From positions 66,165 to 130,164 of the forward strand of contig JAHFNB010000003.1 in NCBI GenBank assembly GCA_023267595.1: a stretch of DNA of 64,000 nt, given 5' to 3'. Each line of letters opens with the position of its first letter. Within the stretch, counting starts at the first letter, position 1. This document shows, piece after piece, positions 57,608 through 64,000 of the stretch. The notes under the pieces are model-generated. The model searched no databases and was not told the origin of the DNA. It was given only the letters and a program-made list of their open reading frames with translations. This stretch comes from a bacterium (GTDB taxonomy: Bacteria > Patescibacteriota > Minisyncoccia > Phycocordibacterales > UBA5272). Position numbers and translations under genes: made by a program.

Positions 57608-60205
57608 TCAATCAACTTCTTTTAAGATATCTAAAGCTTTTTGTGATCTAAGTAGTTTCATTATTGTCGGTGCATCTAACTTTTTATCTTTAAGTATCTT
57701 TGCAACTGATTCTCTCCATGTTAAATCTCCTGATTCACTGAAAGTATTTCTAATCTCCCTTATTGTCGAAAGTGCTTCGTTTGCCCACTTTCTGAAGTCT
57801 GACAGTCTCCATATAGATACTTCGTTTAAGTGTGGTACTGCTCCTTTTTTAACTTTATCAGCAGGCGTAATAAGCACAGGTATAATATTTGCTTTTTCAG
57901 ATATAGAGACATTCTTCTTTATCCAATCTGGGTGTGACGATACTTGTCTTGCTTTGTTGACGTCTATGGTCGCACCGTCTAAAGCTCCAGAATGATCTTC
58001 AAACACGATGCAGTTATCCGAATTAATCCACCAAGGATCAGGTGACCCATCACTTTCTTCTTTCCCTGATTGAAAGCCGAGCATCTCTCCTAATTGTTTA
58101 TGTGCATTTTCAAACGGTTTTGGGTTTGATGAATCCCTTGAATCTAACCCAGTTATTATTTCTGATTCTCTTCGTGAATATTTCCTTCCGTGGGTGGTTC
58201 CTAAGTTTGTTAGAATTTCTTCTATCCTTTCTATTTGCTCAAACACCATCTCTTCCTCAAGGTCTTTTTCTTTCATTGTTATGTCAGAGTATCGTCCAGC
58301 CAATGTTACAAGCCAAGGTATCCCCACAGCACATTCTTTAGCGTTACCAAATTCTTGTTTTGATCTTGTTTCAAAAACCTTATTACCGTTTGCTTTATAG
58401 GCTAAGTAAGCAGATGACCCTGCTAAATAATGCCAAAGTGCTCTATATCCACGTACGTTAGTGTCTTTAAGCTTAGAAAGAACCTTGTCTGCTTCAATAA
58501 GAGCAGATTCATAATCTTTTTGCCACAATTTCATTTGGTATGCAACTTCATGAGAAACTGATTCCTTTAGATCTTGCATTGCTGGAAAAGGCTCTTGAGT
58601 AACTGTTTTACGAGATTCAACAATCTGCTGGTTAACTTGTTCCCATTTTTCTCCATTTTCAAGAAAAACCTCTAAGTTCTCGACTATATCTTTGTTTGTT
58701 GTTTTTTGAGATTGTTCTATTCCGAATTTTAGTTCTGCTTGTAATTCAGGATGAAAGTATTTTCTGCGATTTTTATCCGCAAGGTAGTCAGGAAGTTCTT
58801 GACCAGATATTACCACGGCAGAATAATCCTCAAGTCCACGAGTGCATCTTCCTATGGCTTGTAGTACTCGTGTTTGAATACGTTCATTAAATAGTGCGTT
58901 AGCACCCATTCGAGACATTAAGAACCTTTCTTGTAAGTTCATTGCTCGTGGTAACCCTTCAACAAAAAGGAGTCGGCATTCATCTCCGGGGAAGTCTATA
59001 CCATCATAACGGTTTGCTACAACAACAGTTGCTTTTGATGAACTAACGAATGACTCTTTTGAAGTTTCAATGTCTTCAGATTTGAAAACAGAGTATCCAT
59101 GTTCTTCAACATGAGAAATAACTTCATCTCGCATTTTGTTACTTGGAACAAGAATAAGGCTTCTCTCGGTTTTTTCCATTAGGTTTATCCTGAGATCCTT
59201 CACTTCTTCCTCTTCGAGAGACATATCTGGGAAAATGAAGAACCTTCTCCCTACACCCCCAATTGGAACTGGCAGTCTATGTATACTTGTTCTTCCAACA
59301 AGACGCTCAAGGTCTCCTCCTTCTCCTAATGTTGCCGACATATAAATTCTCTGTTTTGCATTATTAAATGCTGGCAATGTCCAAGTTGGCGGTATTAATG
59401 GTCTTATTAATATCTCCTGTGATGAGAAATAAAGATGGCATGCATGAAGATGATCTTTAATCATGTTCCACGAATATACAAGGTCTGTATCTTTTGTAGA
59501 GACATCTAATATTTCAATTAGTTGATCCTTAATTTCAGAGAATTCAGATGTTGGTAGTTTATCTACCCAAGTCCGATCTGCTATACCATCAACTTCTCCT
59601 ATCAATCGAGAGTAGATAAGTGTCTCAAGGCGAGGTTTTAGCAAGTTTGCTATTGATGTATGAATAGTTGTATGTAGTGGATTTAATCGGTCTATCTTTA
59701 TGGACCATAATTCTGATATGTAGTTTTCTGCTGAATGAATGTCATCTAAGATTATTATTTCTGCATCATTAAAGAATGGACTACTGTTAAACAAGCTACT
59801 ATAGGTAGTAACAGCAATCTTGTCAGCATTTTTATATTCAGCACGTTCAGATGCGTTGTAATCTTTTGACGATCCTGTGAATCCATTAACACTTAGTCCA
59901 TACTTCTCATTTGCTTGATCCACAACTTGGTTAACTAATTGTTTTGTTGGGACAAGATAAACAATTCGCTCTTTATATTTCCTCCTCCTCCATTCTCCTA
60001 TTAGAAGGCCTGCGAGAGTTTTGCCGCTCCCCGTTGGTAATTGCATGGCCACATCAGGTAAATTTATAGCTGTCGCAACGTAGTTGTCCATCAGCTCCTT
60101 CTGGTGTGGTTGTACTGCTGGGTGTTTACGACGAGGAAGGTCCAGAAAGAGTTTTTCTGGTGTGTCTGGTACTGATTTAGGTTGTTCTGTTTCTTTAAAT
60201 GCCAT
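57608..60205 (-). CDS. SF2 DExH-box helicase (Cas3-like motif pattern) with an uncharacterised ~350-aa C-terminal domain
   Basis: The helicase motifs are I LPTGSGKT, Ia YLVPTKQLV, II IILDDIH, III YMSATLG and VI QAIGRCTRG. There is no N-terminal HD or other nuclease domain. The C-terminal region contains SPDPWWINSDNCIVFEDHSG, a possible but imperfect PD-(D/E)xK-like patch. It is the last gene of the hsdR-hsdM-hsdS operon. Confidence 0.75.
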   Translation of the reverse strand: MAFKETEQPKSVPDTPEKLFLDLPRRKHPAVQPHQKELMDNYVATAINLPDVAMQLPTGSGKTLAGLLIGEWRRRKYKERIVYLVPTKQLVNQVVDQANEKYGLSVNGFTGSSKDYNASERAEYKNADKIAVTTYSSLFNSSPFFNDAEIIILDDIHSAENYISELWSIKIDRLNPLHTTIHTSIANLLKPRLETLIYSRLIGEVDGIADRTWVDKLPTSEFSEIKDQLIEILDVSTKDTDLVYSWNMIKDHLHACHLYFSSQEILIRPLIPPTWTLPAFNNAKQRIYMSATLGEGGDLERLVGRTSIHRLPVPIGGVGRRFFIFPDMSLEEEEVKDLRINLMEKTERSLILVPSNKMRDEVISHVEEHGYSVFKSEDIETSKESFVSSSKATVVVANRYDGIDFPGDECRLLFVEGLPRAMNLQERFLMSRMGANALFNERIQTRVLQAIGRCTRGLEDYSAVVISGQELPDYLADKNRRKYFHPELQAELKFGIEQSQKTTNKDIVENLEVFLENGEKWEQVNQQIVESRKTVTQEPFPAMQDLKESVSHEVAYQMKLWQKDYESALIEADKVLSKLKDTNVRGYRALWHYLAGSSAYLAYKANGNKVFETRSKQEFGNAKECAVGIPWLVTLAGRYSDITMKEKDLEEEMVFEQIERIEEILTNLGTTHGRKYSRRESEIITGLDSRDSSNPKPFENAHKQLGEMLGFQSGKEESDGSPDPWWINSDNCIVFEDHSGALDGATIDVNKARQVSSHPDWIKKNVSISEKANIIPVLITPADKVKKGAVPHLNEVSIWRLSDFRKWANEALSTIREIRNTFSESGDLTWRESVAKILKDKKLDAPTIMKLLRSQKALDILKEVD

Positions 60206-60229
60206 GTAGGTGTATTAATTTTAGCATTC

Positions 60230-61357
60230 TCAGACATTCTTAGAGAGTATTGATGAAAACAGGTCATCAATAAGGCCTGAAGATTCCCTTTGCTTTGCAC
60301 TAAAGACGAGTATTTCGTTAACTTTATCTGCAAATTCGTCTTGCTTTTCAATTGGTGGAACTATTACTTGAAGGTTTTTGAGATCCTCAGTATTTAAACT
60401 TTGAACAGTAACTCCTGTCTTTACCATTTTAAGAATCTCTTCCTTTCTCGTTTTAAGTTGTGTGTACATGAAAAGAGTATTTACTTTCTTTGGATCTAAG
60501 TTTATTAGAGATTTTAGATCCTGATTAATGGTAAGTTCTTTTTCATTTATTGCTATTGGTAATGTATGCTGAAGTATCCCACTTCTCGTCACTATAAGTA
60601 TACTGTTTGCTGGTATTATATTAGTTGCCGATTTTTCTATGGCGTCATAAGTTATATGGTCTTGAGAATCTGATATATAATCATTTTTCATATCTTTAGG
60701 AGAAACCCACGGTATCTCTCCATTCCAGAATAATTGATTGCTTTTCGAAGGAGTTCCACCTCCAACAAAATCGAAGTATTTAGTTAGTTTCCCTTTTTCC
60801 CACCCTTGTTCATTTTGCAAAGATGACCCAAACATCTTATCGAATACGGAAGGTATTAATTCAGACATTTTTTGATCTGCTTCAAATCTTTGTTTTTTTA
60901 ATCTCTCAGCTTCTTTTAAAGTTTTTACTATTTCCTTTTGCTCACTAATTTTAGGGAGATTAGAGATCTCATACTCAAGTATTTCTTTTAGTTTTACTGT
61001 TGGATAAGTGGCCCCCGTGGCACGGGACCCTAAGTATGAAAGAAAGTCATTATTCCAAGCAAGAATATAGAACAGGTATTCTATGTCGCACACACCTTCT
61101 TTTGGTATCAGTATTGCAAATGCATTTGAGACAACTTGTTCACTTCTTAGTAAGGTAATTGCACCTCTGGTTGGTCTCACTTTTGATATCAGAACTGAAT
61201 TACTTGGTGCTATCACAGCTCCAGACACAGAAGGCTTTTGCTTTTCAAGAATCTCCTTAGTGTTAATATCTATATCTCCAATTTCTATGTATGGAACTGT
61301 TCCAACTGAAGCTTTCTTTAGATCAATATCTTGAATTATGTCCTTAATTTTTAGCAT
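60230..61357 (-). CDS. hsdS: type I restriction-modification specificity subunit
   Basis: It has two target-recognition halves with conserved VRPTRG. The central and C-terminal conserved regions carry LPKISEQKEIVKTL and PPIEKQDEFADKV. Confidence 0.8.
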   Translation of the reverse strand: MLKIKDIIQDIDLKKASVGTVPYIEIGDIDINTKEILEKQKPSVSGAVIAPSNSVLISKVRPTRGAITLLRSEQVVSNAFAILIPKEGVCDIEYLFYILAWNNDFLSYLGSRATGATYPTVKLKEILEYEISNLPKISEQKEIVKTLKEAERLKKQRFEADQKMSELIPSVFDKMFGSSLQNEQGWEKGKLTKYFDFVGGGTPSKSNQLFWNGEIPWVSPKDMKNDYISDSQDHITYDAIEKSATNIIPANSILIVTRSGILQHTLPIAINEKELTINQDLKSLINLDPKKVNTLFMYTQLKTRKEEILKMVKTGVTVQSLNTEDLKNLQVIVPPIEKQDEFADKVNEILVFSAKQRESSGLIDDLFSSILSKNV

Positions 61358-61359
61358 AA

Positions 61360-62838
61360 TTATAGTTTATCTTGCAGTCTTTTTAATCCTTCAACTATTT
61401 CTTTCTCGAGATGCAATACCTCTTCAATAATTTTTTTAGGATCACGATGTGTTACTACTTGAGTGGTTGCTGGTTTATACCTTGAAGCAGTTAAGTTGTA
61501 ATCTTCACTTACAATTTCTTCTTTACTTACAAGCCAACTATGTGGACCCTCTTCTTTTTTACTGTATGCAGATACTAAATCTTTAAGATTGTTATTTACT
61601 GGGTCAGGGTGCCGTTTGTCATCAAGCGTAAAGCCGTCGCCAGTCACTTCATAAAACCAAACTTTCTCTGTCTTTCTTCCTTTTGTGTAGAAGATTATAG
61701 CTGTCTTCACTCCTGCGTATGGTTTAAATACTCCTGATGGCAAACTTACAACAGCGTCTATCTTAGAGGTATCCACAAGTAGTTGTCTCATTTTCTTGTG
61801 AGCTCCAGTCGAACCAAAGAGAACCCCTTCTGGTACAACTACAGCACATCTTCCTCCATCACTTAAATGATCGTACATGTACTTTAGGAAAAGAAGCTCA
61901 GTCTTTGTTGTACTTAGCCCTATATCTTCCTGTATTGAATCTTGATTTACATTTCCAGAGAATGGAGGATTTGCAAGAATGAGGTCATACTTCTTTTTCT
62001 TTTCTTCGGGTAGTGTGATGGGGTCGAAGTTTACTACGTTTGATTGTGCAAGATCGTGCAGGTAAAGGTTCATTACTGCAACCTTAATCATATCTGCATC
62101 ATTATCAAACCCATTTATTGCCTTAGATTTAAGGAATTCATATTGAGCTGGTGTTAGTTCGTCACCATGCTCGTTTCCTTGTGCGAGTTCTTCTTTTGAA
62201 GTATTTGTTCTCAGTATGTGCTTATAGGCTTCTATTAGAAATCCTGCTGTACCACACGATGGATCAAGTATTAAATCAGATGCTTTGGGTTTCGTTAGTT
62301 CAACCATCGCTTTAATAATGTGTCGAGGTGTTCTAAATTGCCCGTTGGTTCCTGATACGGCAATCTTATTCAAGAGATATTCATACATGTCTCCTTTAAT
62401 ATCAGTATCGTATTTCTCTGTATTGTTGTAGTCCATTCCGTCAATAAGACTTACTACAGATTTTAATGTTGGTCGATTATATATTTTAAGATGAGCCTGA
62501 CGGAACAAAGTCTTACCTGTGGGTGAAAGCTTTGGTAGTTCGTGTAAATGTTCGAAGACATCGGATATTGTATTGTAAAGTTCATCTCCTGAAAGGCGAC
62601 TGATTACTCGCCAACTGAACTTACTTATATTTCCATTGAAGATACTTTCATATTTTTTACCTGAGAGACTGGCCATTCTTTCCTGCTGTTCATCTACTTC
62701 TGTTAGTGATTTTATGAACATCAAGTAGCTAATCTGTTCAATAGCAGTCATTGGATTATTCACTCCACCAGCAAACAACTCGTCCATGATACGATCTACT
62801 TTTTGTTTTATGTCTGAGTTTGTGAATTGTAGTTTCAT
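61360..62838 (-). CDS. hsdM: type I restriction-modification N6-adenine DNA methyltransferase subunit
   Basis: LDPSCGTAGFL is motif I and LILANPPFSG is motif IV (NPPF). The 492-aa protein has an HsdM N-terminal domain. Confidence 0.9.
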   Translation of the reverse strand: MKLQFTNSDIKQKVDRIMDELFAGGVNNPMTAIEQISYLMFIKSLTEVDEQQERMASLSGKKYESIFNGNISKFSWRVISRLSGDELYNTISDVFEHLHELPKLSPTGKTLFRQAHLKIYNRPTLKSVVSLIDGMDYNNTEKYDTDIKGDMYEYLLNKIAVSGTNGQFRTPRHIIKAMVELTKPKASDLILDPSCGTAGFLIEAYKHILRTNTSKEELAQGNEHGDELTPAQYEFLKSKAINGFDNDADMIKVAVMNLYLHDLAQSNVVNFDPITLPEEKKKKYDLILANPPFSGNVNQDSIQEDIGLSTTKTELLFLKYMYDHLSDGGRCAVVVPEGVLFGSTGAHKKMRQLLVDTSKIDAVVSLPSGVFKPYAGVKTAIIFYTKGRKTEKVWFYEVTGDGFTLDDKRHPDPVNNNLKDLVSAYSKKEEGPHSWLVSKEEIVSEDYNLTASRYKPATTQVVTHRDPKKIIEEVLHLEKEIVEGLKRLQDKL

Positions 62839-62839
62839 T

Positions 62840-64000
62840 TTATTCTACGATAGTTAATGCTGGGCTTGTGCGTACTGTATCAAACACTACCTTAATCTTT
62901 GATTCAAAGCCATTGATATATGTACGAGTTCCTCCAAGTTGTGAAAATGGTGGCTCATCAAGGAAAGAGTAGTCTCCCTCTTCGAATTTCGCTAATAGTT
63001 TTGGACTCTGACTTAATTGCTTAATAAGTATCTTTAGAAGACGAGCTTGTTCCAGATTAAGATCTTGGTCAGTTTTAATACTCTCTACAAGTTCCAACAA
63101 CTGCTCTTCTCTTGTTGGTAATTTAGCTACACCAAGACCGGCTTTTACAAAGTCTAATAGTCCTCCAAACACACGGTAAGCACGAGAAAGGTTTCTTTCA
63201 TTGAAGTATTCTGTTGGTTTATCAAATACATTAGTCTTAAGATATTCTGATATTTCTTCTTCGTCGCCTTCACTAATCTTATCTGCAAACCCTTTGTTCT
63301 CTTCCACTATTTGCTTTATGATTTTCTCCCATTTTGTAATGTAAACAAGGCGGTCTACTTTTTCTCCTTCAGGCCCGACTTCAATCATTTCTGTAAGAAC
63401 GATTTCATCAGTACCTGTGTATGTTTGTACTTCCGGTGGAGGAGGTGGAGGTGTTCCTGTGCCACCACCATTATTCCCCCCAGTTGAAACAGGAAGCGGG
63501 GCTTCAAAGTCATATTCTTCCTCGAAATACTTTACGACTTCACAAAAGTCTTGAACGAGAAACTCTTTCTTTTCTTCTCCATTAGGGAAGGTGTATTTTC
63601 TTGTTCCTCTGCCTTTTATTTGAATGTATGTTGTGGGAGAGGCAATCGGACGAGCAAGTATAATATTTTGAATCTCGGGGCAATCAAAGCCAGTAGTTAA
63701 CATATCTACACTTACTGCAACACGAGGATAGAAGTTCTCATCCTTTCTAAATTGCTTAGCTAAATCTGAAGCACCTTGAACTCTTGATGTTATAACCTCT
63801 GCAAACTTTCCATTGTGTTCTGGTGTCATTCTATTTAATTCTCGGGCAAGAGCGACTGCGTGGTTCTGTGAGACTGCAAAAATCACTGACTTACCTATTG
63901 CCCCGTCAGGTGTTTTGAGCGCGTTCTGTAAGAACTGTGTACAAATCAATTCATTTCTCTTTGGTATAAGAACTCGTTTTTCAAGTTGAGAGATTCTGTA
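62840..64000 (-). CDS. hsdR: type I restriction enzyme R subunit, C-terminal part; 5' end runs off the window end
   Basis: Helicase motif VI QIKGRGTR and a DMLTTGFDCPE helicase C-terminal domain are present. The reading frame stays open through position 64000 (...YRISQLEKRVLIPKRNE-LICTQ...), so the gene continues beyond the window. Confidence 0.8.
   Translation of the reverse strand, partial: YRISQLEKRVLIPKRNELICTQFLQNALKTPDGAIGKSVIFAVSQNHAVALARELNRMTPEHNGKFAEVITSRVQGASDLAKQFRKDENFYPRVAVSVDMLTTGFDCPEIQNIILARPIASPTTYIQIKGRGTRKYTFPNGEEKKEFLVQDFCEVVKYFEEEYDFEAPLPVSTGGNNGGGTGTPPPPPPEVQTYTGTDEIVLTEMIEVGPEGEKVDRLVYITKWEKIIKQIVEENKGFADKISEGDEEEISEYLKTNVFDKPTEYFNERNLSRAYRVFGGLLDFVKAGLGVAKLPTREEQLLELVESIKTDQDLNLEQARLLKILIKQLSQSPKLLAKFEEGDYSFLDEPPFSQLGGTRTYINGFESKIKVVFDTVRTSPALTIVE

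Larger units (their letters stand above)
53809..64000. mobile_element. putative tRNA-Asn-associated integrative island (integrase end in window; other end not identified and probably beyond the window)
   Basis: A serine integrase overlaps the tRNA 3' end. T-arm-like inverted repeats lie just inside (53939..53951 and 54045..54057). The cargo is typical of defence islands (type I RM, a helicase and membrane proteins). A GC-elevated sub-region lies at about 55.6-57.6 kb. No second copy of the tRNA 3' end was found in the window. Confidence 0.4.

Noticed and set aside
1-64000. CRISPR arrays and rRNA genes
   Set aside because: I found no regularly spaced direct repeats with unique spacers and no rRNA-like conserved stretches on reading through the window.

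Overview
This is an AT-rich window on the standard genetic code (TGA is used as a stop). Its gene content looks like a reduced-genome bacterium, possibly of the CPR/Patescibacteria type. Nearly all genes lie on the minus strand.

The first ~53 kb is housekeeping, in window order:
- gltX (5' part, runs off the window start), then mraY-ftsW-murG, a D-Ala-D-Ala carboxypeptidase, scpAB and a secreted GH18 protein.
- aspS, trpS, a sodium:solute symporter and grpE-dnaK-dnaJ.
- A ribosomal/RNAP cluster: infA, rpmJ, rpsM, rpsK, rpsD, rpoA, rplQ, rplM, rpsI.
- alaS, ychF, a DsbA-like oxidoreductase and a SAM methyltransferase.
- mraZ-rsmH-ftsL-ftsI, lysS, greA, mreB-mreC-mrdA, proS, rseP, frr, a delta'-like protein and a second mreB paralog.
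- priA-def-fmt, a cyclophilin, hpf and an OmpR/histidine-kinase pair.

The last ~10 kb is accessory. A RelA/SpoT-domain (small alarmone synthetase-like) gene sits immediately before tRNA-Asn(GTT). A large serine recombinase gene overlaps the tRNA 3' end. To its right lie a putative small DNA-binding protein, a palindrome and half-site-rich non-coding stretch, a CPBP/Abi-like intramembrane protease and two small membrane proteins. Then comes a GC-rich region carrying three copies of one motif, followed by a minus-strand operon hsdR (partial, runs off the window end), hsdM, hsdS and an 865-aa Cas3-like DExH helicase with an uncharacterised C-terminal domain.

The most promising candidate for an undescribed system is the helicase fused to the type I RM operon, together with the adjacent membrane-protein genes inside the tRNA-Asn island.

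Other points of note: a GC-rich 65-aa gene with a near-consensus promoter, RBS and terminator; a family of tandem ACTGT/AACTA repeats in several operon-upstream gaps; and a PriA homolog with degenerate ATPase motifs.

All product calls rest on motifs I recognised by eye in the translated ORFs; no database search was possible.
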